DNA from: a virus
Strand: one strand, 5' to 3'
Virus record (IMG/VR): IMGVR_UViG_3300024496_000030
Location: 19,117-83,116 of that record
Length of the DNA: 64,000 nt
Below the pieces are notes generated by a model. That model ran no database searches, was not told where the DNA came from, and saw only the letters and a program-made list of their open reading frames with translations. This document shows positions 9,333-18,558 of this stretch, one piece after another; the first letter of the stretch is position 1; every line of letters begins with the position of its first letter. Made by a program: the position numbers and the translations under genes.

Positions 9333-10541
9333 CTAATTCATGTATGGAGTAAGTTCTTGCCAACTAGAAACAGGGGGTTGTCCCATGGCTTCTGTTGCAG
9401 ATTGAAAAGAACCGTATTTGTGCTTTAGGTATTCTACTGGTTGTTCTTTCTTTAACCGTTCCTCTGCCTGCTTATTAAACAGTGCTTGCGATCCTTTCTT
9501 TGCTAAGTAGCCAGCACCAAGGCCAGCAGCTACGATGCCAGCAGCTGTTGCAAGTTTGGGTGCACCAATCGCTTCTTTCTGTGCAACATCTTCCATCAAG
9601 CTGGTGAGATACTGCACACCTCCCCTAGTTCCCTTGTTGATTGGAATACCAGCTTTTTCTACAGCAACTTCACGCCCCAGCTGTTTAACAGCCTTCTCCA
9701 TTTCTGGAGTACGTGCCATTACTGTTTGTGCATAGCGCATCTTTTCTGGCAATGCTTTTTGCAATGCTCCTGTTGTTCCAATAGCAGCTGCAGTACCAAT
9801 AGCTGTGGATGCCGTAACAGGGAAACCAAAATACTGGATCTCGGGTTCATTCAATCCTTTTGCAGTGCCACGAATAATACCCAGAGGTCCAACAAAAGAT
9901 TGTGATTGTGGATCAATCTTTCCAAAACCTTCTGGCTTCATGTGCTTGTAGCGCAGATACTGTTGGTATGTAGGATAAGCAATCTCAGGACGTTCTTCCT
10001 TAAACGTGGAGTAAGGAAGTGGATCACCACGCCGGCCTGTGAAGTAACGCAGAACAGATTCCGCCATGGGGTTAGCGGATGTGCGTCCTGTTGGATCCTC
10101 TTCTTTTGAGACTGGCAAGATGCTCTTGAAGCCAGCAGGGCGAGCACCTTGAAGCGGATTACCAACAGCACCACCTAAAGCAGCAATAGCAAACGGAGTG
10201 CTACGGCCAAGGAGATCTGTGGTGATGGGATCAAGTCCCATCTTTTCTCCAGCAGCACGACCTACGTTACGGCCAACAGCTAACGTGTGGTTCAAGAACC
10301 AATAGGTTCCGCGTGATGCATCTGTTAAAACATCAAGGGCACCAGTGGCAGCAGCCAATGGCAGATTACCTTGCTTAGCATATTTAACTGCTTCTTTTAC
10401 TCCACCGTAAACAGCGCGTGGTCCTGATGCTCCACGCCCAAGGTTTAAACCTTGCTCAACGTAATTGCTAAATTCACTGCCAAACTTTCCAGCAGCAGCA
10501 ATGCTATTGGAGAGATAATTCGGGATATTTGCAAAGCGCAT
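9333..10541 (-). CDS. putative internal virion protein
   Basis: 402 aa G/A-rich ORF, coupled to neighbours. Confidence 0.7.
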   Translation of the reverse strand: MRFANIPNYLSNSIAAAGKFGSEFSNYVEQGLNLGRGASGPRAVYGGVKEAVKYAKQGNLPLAAATGALDVLTDASRGTYWFLNHTLAVGRNVGRAAGEKMGLDPITTDLLGRSTPFAIAALGGAVGNPLQGARPAGFKSILPVSKEEDPTGRTSANPMAESVLRYFTGRRGDPLPYSTFKEERPEIAYPTYQQYLRYKHMKPEGFGKIDPQSQSFVGPLGIIRGTAKGLNEPEIQYFGFPVTASTAIGTAAAIGTTGALQKALPEKMRYAQTVMARTPEMEKAVKQLGREVAVEKAGIPINKGTRGGVQYLTSLMEDVAQKEAIGAPKLATAAGIVAAGLGAGYLAKKGSQALFNKQAEERLKKEQPVEYLKHKYGSFQSATEAMGQPPVSSWQELTPYMN

Positions 10542-11230
10542 CAGAAGTACCGAGTTGTTGGCGTACTTAACATCTGATTTGCAATCTCAAAGGGATTAGC
10601 GGTGCCACCTTGAGAAACATGGTAGATGTAGCTAGGGAACTTATAGTTCCTGGCGTAAGTTAATTCTAAACGACGTTGGTGCTCTAAAGCAGCAGGATCT
10701 GTTCCAACAATTGCTTCTGGTGTAGCTGCTAATTGGGCACCAGTAATATCAGCTTGCGTTGAAGTTTGTGTATTGCGCCCGCCACTATATCCCTCAGGGA
10801 ATACAGCGCTGGTTACTGCTTTGGTAATTGGTTCAGTTACTGCGACCATGCCAGCAAGACCCAAACCAAACTTCCCTGTAGCAGCTGCGCCACCTGCCAG
10901 TCCACCAGCAATAGCTTCTGGAATGTAAGGATTGCTAGCTAAGCGTTCCTGAAGCCGGCCTTGCATGCCAGCCAGGCGAGGACTCAGCTGTTTAGCGCCA
11001 GCAAGGACTCCGCGTTCAACAGGACCGCTTAATCCACCAATCAGAGCAGAACGCAACAGCGTCTTTTCAATTGGCGGTGCTTCTCCTCCAGTAATGATGG
11101 GCAAGCCCTGTTCAGCAGCAATGGTTAGCGCAGCGTTAATGGCTGTTTCTTTTGCTAACGCTCTGCCGCCAGATGGAGCAACAATGGGGAGCAGGCGTTG
11201 TCCTGCAAAACGTAAGGCTGTTCCAATCAT
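10541..11230 (-). CDS. putative internal virion protein
   Basis: 229 aa G/A-rich ORF. Confidence 0.65.
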   Translation of the reverse strand: MIGTALRFAGQRLLPIVAPSGGRALAKETAINAALTIAAEQGLPIITGGEAPPIEKTLLRSALIGGLSGPVERGVLAGAKQLSPRLAGMQGRLQERLASNPYIPEAIAGGLAGGAAATGKFGLGLAGMVAVTEPITKAVTSAVFPEGYSGGRNTQTSTQADITGAQLAATPEAIVGTDPAALEHQRRLELTYARNYKFPSYIYHVSQGGTANPFEIANQMLSTPTTRYF

Positions 11231-11646
11231 GAGATGCTTGTACCTTCTGAACCTGGGAACTCTTTTCCTTTCTCAGCTTTTTGTTGAATGATTGCAGTTA
11301 GTCCGCCAGGATTAACACGTTCTTCTGGTGCGAGAACAGGACTTTGATCGTATCGTGCAAGAAAAGATTGCAGGTAACCAGGACCACTAATTGCAAATGG
11401 ATCTTTACCAGTATTAGGAACAATCTGTTTTGTACCTGGATACGTTGTTAGATCAAGATCTTCTTGGAAAGATCCGTATTGTTTAGCAGGAAATACAGGG
11501 TTTGTATCACGCAGGTTTGCTAAGTACTTGTTGAGAAACGCTTTCTCACCTGCCATCTGTTGATCAACAAATGGACCCAAAGAATCACCCGCTTCTTTAG
11601 AAGCAGTTTTAACTCTATTGAGATACGGGATTTGCGTTTTAAACAC
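11227..11646 (-). CDS. small late protein carrying FLxxY motif
   Basis: AFLNKYL and SFLARY. Confidence 0.6.
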   Translation of the reverse strand: MFKTQIPYLNRVKTASKEAGDSLGPFVDQQMAGEKAFLNKYLANLRDTNPVFPAKQYGSFQEDLDLTTYPGTKQIVPNTGKDPFAISGPGYLQSFLARYDQSPVLAPEERVNPGGLTAIIQQKAEKGKEFPGSEGTSIS

Positions 11647-11651
11647 AGTAA

Positions 11652-11858
11652 TTAGCTACCTTTCTTTTTCTTGCGCAGGCCAGCAAGAGTCTTTGCTAAC
11701 TGCGCACGCTTTACAGTTTTTTCACTGTAGTCGCCAGGGTTCTTAGTAACAGCTTCTGCAAACTCAGCTGTACTCATTCCTTCTTTCTCTGCTTGAGCAG
11801 AAAAGGCGCCAGGCTTTTTGATGGCGCCCTTGATCCAATTACCTTTACTTTCAGCCAT
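11652..11858 (-). CDS. small basic phage protein (WIxGAIKKPGA type)
   Basis: Recognised widespread phage pattern WIKGAIKKPGAF...KRAQLAKTL. Confidence 0.75.
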   Translation of the reverse strand: MAESKGNWIKGAIKKPGAFSAQAEKEGMSTAEFAEAVTKNPGDYSEKTVKRAQLAKTLAGLRKKKKGS

Positions 11859-12292
11859 TACTTAAGCAGTGCTTTTACTTTGTTGATTGTTTCTTCTTTA
11901 CGAGCTTGGCCAGAGACCACATCCGTCAGAAGGTCAGCAGCAACCATCACCTTAGGACGGTCAGCCATTGCTTCGTACTTACGCACTCTATCTGCAGCAA
12001 CCTGGGGCAACCAACGCTTGGTTACTTCCAGAGTCATCTCTTTTAATTCAGCTGCACTGATATGACCATCAGCAACAGACTCAATTGCAAGTTCAACTGC
12101 AAACTCAACATCAGAGCCACTCCATGAACGCATGTTGCGCTCCAGCAGTGGGTCTAACACGTCATAAACACGGGTCAGAATCGGACCGTATTTAACTAAG
12201 TTGCGTGCAGCAATCAGCCGCGACAACCAACCGGCGCCAGCAGTTAAACCAGCACCAATCAGCAAGGCAATGATTGGCTCTAGGGTTGTCAT
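11858..12292 (-). CDS. membrane-anchored hypothetical protein
   Basis: N-terminal hydrophobic helix. Confidence 0.65.
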   Translation of the reverse strand: MTTLEPIIALLIGAGLTAGAGWLSRLIAARNLVKYGPILTRVYDVLDPLLERNMRSWSGSDVEFAVELAIESVADGHISAAELKEMTLEVTKRWLPQVAADRVRKYEAMADRPKVMVAADLLTDVVSGQARKEETINKVKALLK

Positions 12293-12323
12293 AATACCTC
12301 CCTAATAATCATCATTCTAAATG

Positions 12324-14774
12324 TCATAACTCATATGGGTTGCCTACAAAACGAGCATAACGGCTAACTGCTTTTTGCACTGGGCTTGCAGTACCACGTT
12401 TTGTACCTTGTGGATAAGAAAGGGGAACTGGAACAACTTCTGTAGAAGGTGTAGTTGGAAGGGTCACTTCACCTGACAATACTTGCTTTACTAATTCAGC
12501 CCGTTGACGCAGAACCTCTGCTTCTTGAGCGCGGGGGCTACCAGGAGCAGGTGGTTGCCAGGTGGAGAAGCGTGTTCCCATTGCAGCCGGTGCACCACTT
12601 TCACTGATGGCACGGCCTTCGCGGATGCTTGCAGGAATGGTGGCGCCAGGGGTAACGCGACTTGCTACACGACGACCACTTGCACGGGTAGCCTCAATAC
12701 GGCGACGGGCTTGAGCAGCTTGCTGACCACCCATGGCTTGTTGGCTATAAGCAAGACCCGTGGTGGGATCAAGCACTTCAGGTGCTGCTTCTGCCAGTTG
12801 AGCTAAAGCAGCAGGATCAAAAGAGCGTGGATCAATGACTTCAGCACTAACGCCTTTAAACGTGCGGCCTTCACGTCCCATAATTCGTTGGGGTTCTACA
12901 GCAGTGCCGCGTACTGCGCGGACTGCACCACCCAATAGGTCTTCCCGCTTGACCTGGCCTTCTGTCAGGATCTCGCCAGTGTCCACATTTTTGTAGAGGA
13001 AGGGAGTTGCTTCAATGGCACTGCCCTCTCCAGCAGTAAATCCTTCTGCAGCCAGTGCTTCGCGGCGACGACCAACACCACCAACTTCCTGACGACCTGC
13101 ACCACCAGCAGCACGCATCCGGTAGTACTGACTTGTGGGCATCCCTTCCACTTCAGGAACTACACGCGATCCCACAACTTCACCAGTGGTTTCACTGATG
13201 ACGGGAACTTCACGGATGCCTTGAGTAACTTCAGGGCGCAATTTATAAAGAACACCCGTTGCTTCTGCTTGCGCTAGGCGATTGCGTGCCGCTTCACTTG
13301 CAGCAGCTGTTTCACCCAGCAACTTCTTGGTGCGTGGATCTAAGGTTGCAAGTTCTGCTTGAGATGGTTGATAGGTAGAAGGAACACCAAGTTGTTCTAA
13401 TGCACGAGCTTTCATCTTGCTCTGCATGTTTAATGCAGCCTGCAGAGATTCAGCACGGCCCGTTGTAACAGGAACACCGGTTTGTGGATTGACGGTTTGG
13501 CCAAAAGCTTCGTAGAGAGAACCAGTTGGAACACTTTCACCAGAAGGAAGTGTTACACGAATCGGTAAACCCGGTGCTTCGCTGTAGGCAGAACGGATTA
13601 CGCCAGGGTCACCCGTTGCTTGGAAGATTGCTTCTGCTTGTTTCTGTACAGTGGCTGCACGTGGATCAGCAGAAAACACACGTTGCACACCAGAAAGAGA
13701 ACCCTGTGGGATAGGACGTTGCGTTCCTAACAATCCCCTAAGCGTTTCACCAGATTCCACAAAATTTTCTGGAGGCATCTGGCGAATGTTGCGTTCAATG
13801 TTGGTAAAGAACGGAGCATTAGCTGCTTCTGTCACGCGACCCGTCATTGGGTCCAGCACAGAACCTGGCGACAGACGTTGCCGCATTTGTTGCATGGATG
13901 CAGTCTCTAATGCTGGGCTGCTGTATCCAATCTTCTGCGTGAACTGCAAAATGCGGGATTGAATGTCAGGATCAACGCCAGTACCTGTGGTCTGCGTTCC
14001 AATGATGCTTTGTTCTGCTGGAGCAACCATGGTTTGACCGGCGCTACCAAGAGCAGATTCACTCCAGGGGTCTGGAATCCGTGATTTCAGGGACTGATGA
14101 ACACGAACTTCCGCAGGAACCACGTTTTGCGCCCGCACAATGCCGGGTGCAGTGTCATCAATCGCAGAAATGCCGTGTTGTGCTACAGCAAGAACGTTTT
14201 CTGCACCTTCACGGGTAACAAAACTAGGTTCAGCTGCTTCTTTGGCTAGGCCAAGCGCGGATTTAACCTTTGCCTTAGCGCGTTGACCCAGATCACGCAC
14301 CATTCCACCGACGCGTCCCACGCCAAGGTCAGTGCCGGTCAGTTTTTGGGCACCATACACGCCAGCAGCAACAGCACCGACCCCTAACGCCCCTAATGCA
14401 GCCTTTTCAAGGAGTGATTTTGGCTGCTCAGTACCACCAAACCCAGTTTCATAGGCATCATCAGCGTGATGCTGGACATAATGCTGCCCCGTCAGGCTGT
14501 TATTGAGCTGTCCTGCAACCTTTGGGATGTTGTTATCCGGTGTAATAGGCGACTGCAGGAGCGTATTGTCCCCATAATGCCGCACAGAGATGGGTTGATC
14601 GTAAACAATATCTCCTTGAAAGCCTTGAACCTCATCAAAACCGCGAAATTTACCAAATCCTCGGTTGAAATCATACACTTCAGGAGCTAAACGTGCCTTT
14701 TCCTGTGCAGTTTTAGGGTATGGATTGCCAGTTGCAGCTGCCCACAGTGCATAATCTTGCGGAGAAACGGGCAT
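12324..14774 (-). CDS. large putative internal virion/ejection protein
   Basis: ~816 aa A/G/Q/P-rich with one TM-like segment; ATG 14774 preferred over the TTG start at 14813. Confidence 0.7.
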   Translation of the reverse strand: MPVSPQDYALWAAATGNPYPKTAQEKARLAPEVYDFNRGFGKFRGFDEVQGFQGDIVYDQPISVRHYGDNTLLQSPITPDNNIPKVAGQLNNSLTGQHYVQHHADDAYETGFGGTEQPKSLLEKAALGALGVGAVAAGVYGAQKLTGTDLGVGRVGGMVRDLGQRAKAKVKSALGLAKEAAEPSFVTREGAENVLAVAQHGISAIDDTAPGIVRAQNVVPAEVRVHQSLKSRIPDPWSESALGSAGQTMVAPAEQSIIGTQTTGTGVDPDIQSRILQFTQKIGYSSPALETASMQQMRQRLSPGSVLDPMTGRVTEAANAPFFTNIERNIRQMPPENFVESGETLRGLLGTQRPIPQGSLSGVQRVFSADPRAATVQKQAEAIFQATGDPGVIRSAYSEAPGLPIRVTLPSGESVPTGSLYEAFGQTVNPQTGVPVTTGRAESLQAALNMQSKMKARALEQLGVPSTYQPSQAELATLDPRTKKLLGETAAASEAARNRLAQAEATGVLYKLRPEVTQGIREVPVISETTGEVVGSRVVPEVEGMPTSQYYRMRAAGGAGRQEVGGVGRRREALAAEGFTAGEGSAIEATPFLYKNVDTGEILTEGQVKREDLLGGAVRAVRGTAVEPQRIMGREGRTFKGVSAEVIDPRSFDPAALAQLAEAAPEVLDPTTGLAYSQQAMGGQQAAQARRRIEATRASGRRVASRVTPGATIPASIREGRAISESGAPAAMGTRFSTWQPPAPGSPRAQEAEVLRQRAELVKQVLSGEVTLPTTPSTEVVPVPLSYPQGTKRGTASPVQKAVSRYARFVGNPYEL

Positions 14775-15024
14775 TTTTATAAATATACCTAGATATAACG
14801 ATTTTAGGTGCAATCAATACAGTACCAACGCCAGGAGAAACCCCCTAACTGCCTTAGAAATACCCATTTCATGGTAAAAATCCGGGCAGACATCAAGCTC
14901 GCTCTGCTCGCAGGCGGGTGCGAGAGGAAAAAAAGAAAGGGGCGGGGGATATGCTCCCTCCGGTCGCGTTAACAGCCGGAAGAGAGAGTTCTATTCGGTT
15001 GTGTTCTTTATTTTATTTATCGTC

Positions 15025-15186
15025 ATGATCTACAGCGTGGAGATCAAGGAAGCGGGCGATGATTTTAGCCAGGCGTATATGTCTGGCTGCGAGGAGAAGT
15101 TTCATTCGGAGAAGGAAGCAGAAGAATATCTGCTGACGTTCGAAGAATGGGAACGTCCGATGCTTTGCATTCGGAAGTACGAATGA
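15025..15186 (+). CDS. small acidic early protein
   Basis: First plus-strand ORF; ATG 15025. Confidence 0.55.
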   Translation: MIYSVEIKEAGDDFSQAYMSGCEEKFHSEKEAEEYLLTFEEWERPMLCIRKYE

Positions 15187-15227
15187 AGATTAGGGGGAGC
15201 AACCGCTCCCTCCGGTCGCTTTTTGAG

Positions 15228-15352
15228 TTTTCCACAGGCTATTTTTACCCTATTTCCACCCTATTTTCCCTCAAATCCCTGTCATACCAAGGCTTCTGAC
15301 TACTATTTGCCTGGACATGTGTCACAACATGGCTTGCACTTTTTCCACAGGC
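15228..15352 (+). promoter_or_regulatory. two DnaA-box matches (TTTTCCACA at 15228 and 15341) with tandem TATTTYYACCC repeats
   Basis: Match the TTWTNCACA consensus; both extend to TTTTCCACAGGC. Confidence 0.5.
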
Positions 15353-15541
15353 ATCAAATCTTTTTACTGGGATCTCAGCGACGATTTGAAGGCTGTTTGG
15401 CTGTTTGTCAGCCTTATCTTCAACCCTGATTTTTATATAACTAGAAATACTTTTAGCAAGATTACCCAGAAGATTGCCTCCAGGAGCTATTTATTCCTCC
15501 TAGATGCAGTCCTCAGACTGCTGTTCTTTGCTTGTTTTCTC

Positions 15542-15718
15542 ATGGAGAAGTTCGGTGCTGCAGTGTGCTGCGTTGCTATCGGCATGGCAGCTTTCACTCA
15601 GTTAACGCTTCACTTGCTTGATCAAGCTACGGCTGAGCAATGCAAGAACCATGCGTGGCCTGCACACGCTGACCAGGTGCACCGTGACTGGTGCATCGCT
15701 AACAACTACGAACTCTGA
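15542..15718 (+). CDS. small membrane-anchored early protein
   Basis: 3' part of track ORF 15317..15718, from ATG 15542. Confidence 0.55.
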   Translation: MEKFGAAVCCVAIGMAAFTQLTLHLLDQATAEQCKNHAWPAHADQVHRDWCIANNYEL

Positions 15719-15722
15719 TCTC

Positions 15723-15914
15723 ATGATCACGATTACTACTGAAGAAGGTCTCCTTCTCACTGATCAACGTGGCAACTATCTATACGATGGGCGCCAGGGT
15801 GATCCTGTTCTCATCGAAGCGCCAGCAGGTCCAATCCGCTTTGGGTTGGAGGACATGCTGCGTTTCTGGACGACGTACTGCCAGTACGGCGACTATCAAC
15901 TTCACCTGTGGTGA
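15723..15914 (+). CDS. hypothetical early protein
   Basis: 3' part of track ORF 15618..15914, from ATG 15723. Confidence 0.55.
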   Translation: MITITTEEGLLLTDQRGNYLYDGRQGDPVLIEAPAGPIRFGLEDMLRFWTTYCQYGDYQLHLW

Positions 15915-16001
15915 GTTTCCGCTCCCTACGGTCGCTTTCATACTGTATTAATCAGTAGAGAAAGTTCAGAACAAATTGTCCATCATTACCTTCTCATTCC
16001 A

Positions 16002-16229
16002 ATGAATCTCTTTAACAACCTTGTCAAGGCCAGCATTGCCGGTGGCGTTGTCATCGGTGGTGCTGTTGCCTACGCCAAGCTGAATGACGAGCAGCGTCAG
16101 AAGCTCAACTCTGGTGTCAACAGACTGCGCCGCAAGGTGTCAGATCTAATTGCACCAAATGATGGTGTTTATACCATCCCCAAGGAAGTCGAAGCGGAGC
16201 TAGAAGCTCTGCTCAACGACGACAATTGA
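16002..16229 (+). CDS. small membrane-anchored protein
   Basis: N-terminal Gly/Val TM segment. Confidence 0.65.
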   Translation: MNLFNNLVKASIAGGVVIGGAVAYAKLNDEQRQKLNSGVNRLRRKVSDLIAPNDGVYTIPKEVEAELEALLNDDN

Positions 16230-16303
16230 TGGTCCCTCAGAGGGAAGCGCCATGCTTCCTTCTCTGTGATCTTCATTGATCACGTTCTTCGCATATTCCA
16301 TCC

Positions 16304-16528
16304 ATGGAATCTTTCATCTACGAGAAGGGCAACGACGGTTATCTCGTCACCATCCGTGGTGATTTTGCAGAGATGACCAAGGTTGACCTTGACCGTCAGG
16401 TGTCCAAGTACATCCGCTTGGAGGCACCTGTCGAGCATATCCGCTCCAGTGTGAAGAAGCTGCTGCACCAGGGTTATAAGCTGAGCAATCAGCTAGAACT
16501 TGGTTGGCAGCGTTTCATCGAAGCGTAG
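16304..16528 (+). CDS. hypothetical early protein
   Basis: ORF track; stop codon abuts the ribozyme. Confidence 0.65.
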   Translation: MESFIYEKGNDGYLVTIRGDFAEMTKVDLDRQVSKYIRLEAPVEHIRSSVKKLLHQGYKLSNQLELGWQRFIEA

Positions 16529-16594
16529 GACGAAACCGGAGGGTGCTATCCGCTCCCTTCGGTCGCTCCCTGCTATGGGGAGCCTGATGAGTCC
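16528..16594 (+). ncRNA. hammerhead ribozyme, type II
   Basis: GGAC-GAAA-CCGGAGGG..CCCTTCGG-TC^-GCTCCCT..GGGGAGC-CTGATGA-GTCC: complete core, stems I-III intact, GUC cleavage after 16564. Confidence 0.88.
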
Positions 16595-16608
16595 CTGCTT
16601 TGCTCACC

Positions 16609-16866
16609 ATGTCACTTTCTGCTTTCCTCATTAACTTCATGAACCGCCACCGTGATCAGCTACCTGCTTACGTTGGCATTACTCTTGGCATGGGTATCGG
16701 CGGACTCCTGTGCGTTAGCTTGAACAAAGCGATTAATGCCAGGATCCTTGCAACCTGTGACAAGAACCTGAATCAAATCATCTATATCAAGACAGCAGTA
16801 GGTGATAGCTACGGCTGTGTATCCAAGATGGTATTGAACGGGCCACCAGCTCCGATCAAACCATGA
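16609..16866 (+). CDS. membrane-anchored hypothetical protein
   Basis: TM segment YVGITLGMGIGGLLCVSL; ATG 16609. Confidence 0.6.
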   Translation: MSLSAFLINFMNRHRDQLPAYVGITLGMGIGGLLCVSLNKAINARILATCDKNLNQIIYIKTAVGDSYGCVSKMVLNGPPAPIKP

Positions 16867-16927
16867 GAAAGATTTTATTCAATTCATTGATCTTAACGAT
16901 CATCTTTTTGTTCTTCTGCCTCTAGTC

Positions 16928-17221
16928 ATGACTGAACAAATGTATAGCCACGACACAATCTGGCTTCTTCTGCACAACATTCCTCTCATGGATTATGCAC
17001 GCCAGGAGGAGCCAAAGCTGTGGAGAAAGTTCATGGAACTTGTTTCCAATGAAACTGCTCAAGGCTATCCCGATACATGGAACACTACTTTCCTAATCAA
17101 TAAGATTGCGGAAGATCTAGGTTCCTATCAACTGCTTCTAAATATCTGGTTGCAGATAGAGGAGCCGTTGAATGATGTTCTTAATCCCATCCAGCGTGAC
17201 TGGATTGATGCTCAACTATGA
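16928..17221 (+). CDS. hypothetical protein
   Basis: ORF track. Confidence 0.6.
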   Translation: MTEQMYSHDTIWLLLHNIPLMDYARQEEPKLWRKFMELVSNETAQGYPDTWNTTFLINKIAEDLGSYQLLLNIWLQIEEPLNDVLNPIQRDWIDAQL

Positions 17222-17460
17222 ACAACTACACCTTTTATCTGCCTGGAATCAACAAGCTGACTGGTGTAAGCCAGGAGGATTGGGATTTCCTTTGCGAACG
17301 TGCAGCAGAGAACAACGTTCTACCTGCCACGCTTGCCGCCAGGATTATCGCCAACGAGTTGGCTCAATGGCGTGATGAGATTCATTACGCCGATCAACAG
17401 GAAGGGCTTCGTGCAAATGAAGCCATGAACCAAGAGAAAGTTATTGAAGAGATTGTTTAA
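17218..17460 (+). CDS. hypothetical protein
   Basis: ORF track; ATGA overlap with upstream gene. Confidence 0.6.
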   Translation: MNNYTFYLPGINKLTGVSQEDWDFLCERAAENNVLPATLAARIIANELAQWRDEIHYADQQEGLRANEAMNQEKVIEEIV

Positions 17461-17568
17461 TCTTTTCTTTATCTTTCCAGATGTCTGCACTTTGGGATCT
17501 AGGCCTTAGCTTAGTTCCCTTTCTGCAGGCTTCACTTGCCTGCTTTGTACACCTACCTAGACAACACC

Positions 17569-18018
17569 ATGTCTGCTGCTAACAACGGAAACCTGGTCGG
17601 TACCATCGTGTCCGACATCATGACCAAGAATCCCAACGATTCTCTTTCGGTCACACAGTTCCGTGTTGCTCCGCTCGATGCCAGGGAAGAGGATTCTCCG
17701 CTGCCTGTCATCGCTTACAACGGTATCGGTGACAACATCGCCAAGCGCTACAACAAGGGTGACACTGTTGCCCTGACGACGCGCCTGCGTTATGTGACCT
17801 GGATGACGCCAGAAGGTGAGCCCCGTGGCCGCATGGAAGTTATTGTGACTTCCGTAAACACGGTTCGCCTTGGTCAGATCTCAACAGCCCAACGGACTGC
17901 TGAAGCTGCTGGTGTCATTGAAGCGAATACGGTCAACAAATCGCTTCATCCTGTCGCCGCCGCTGCCACCAGGGCTCCTTATGCGCAGGAACCAACCGCT
18001 GAGGTTGTTCCTTTCTGA
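17569..18018 (+). CDS. ssb: single-stranded DNA-binding protein (single OB fold)
   Basis: KGDTVALTTRLRYVTW..GEPRGRMEV pattern; C-terminal EVVPF. Confidence 0.75.
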   Translation: MSAANNGNLVGTIVSDIMTKNPNDSLSVTQFRVAPLDAREEDSPLPVIAYNGIGDNIAKRYNKGDTVALTTRLRYVTWMTPEGEPRGRMEVIVTSVNTVRLGQISTAQRTAEAAGVIEANTVNKSLHPVAAAATRAPYAQEPTAEVVPF

Positions 18019-18130
18019 GCAGAAGGTCAGTCCGACTCTTGCACTTAAACCTTCCGGGTTGGTACAGCTGTACTAGCCCGGTGGTTTTTCTGCAGGATTC
18101 ATCTCCTGCACAATCCTTTGCACATCACCA

Positions 18131-18520
18131 ATGGGCCTCGATCAGTACGCCTACATCAAGTTTCAACCTGAGTATGAGAACTGGTTGTTCCTTGCGGAAT
18201 GGCGCAAACATCCCAACCTCCAGGGTTGGATGGAACGCCTATGGCGCAAGAAGACGAACAGCAGTGAATCATACGAGAAAGATACATCAATTAATGATGA
18301 ATTCAATGGAGTTGAGCTTGAACTCACCCTTCAAGACATTCTTCAACTCCAAATGGACATCAGAGATAACAATCTTGATGGCGGTTTTGGCACCACAACA
18401 GGATTCTTCTTCGGTTGTAATGCCGATGATGAATACAAGTGGAAAGATCTTAGCTTCTGTGATAGAGCTAAGGTTGCTCTCAAGAATAACCACACTGTTT
18501 ATTACAACAGTTCTTGGTAA
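18131..18520 (+). CDS. conserved phage protein (MGLDQY...WRKHPNLQGWM...YYNSSW type)
   Basis: Recognised phage family pattern. Confidence 0.8.
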   Translation: MGLDQYAYIKFQPEYENWLFLAEWRKHPNLQGWMERLWRKKTNSSESYEKDTSINDEFNGVELELTLQDILQLQMDIRDNNLDGGFGTTTGFFFGCNADDEYKWKDLSFCDRAKVALKNNHTVYYNSSW

Positions 18521-18558
18521 TCTCTCCATCAATCAAACTCACTTACCTTTCATGAACC

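Larger units (their letters stand above)
14953..16566 (+). repeat. dispersed 15-nt repeat GCTCCCTNCGGTCGC, 4 copies (14953, 15205, 15921, 16552)
   Basis: Read directly; all intergenic, same orientation; a looser copy GCTCGCTCTGCTCGC at 14897. Confidence 0.9.

Noticed and set aside
15223-15541. Track ORFs 15223..15429 and the 5' part of 15317..15718
   Set aside because: TTG/GTG starts across a repeat- and DnaA-box-rich, probably non-coding region
14953-16566. Repeats as a mini-CRISPR array
   Set aside because: Only 15 nt long, with spacing of 250-700 nt and genes between copies
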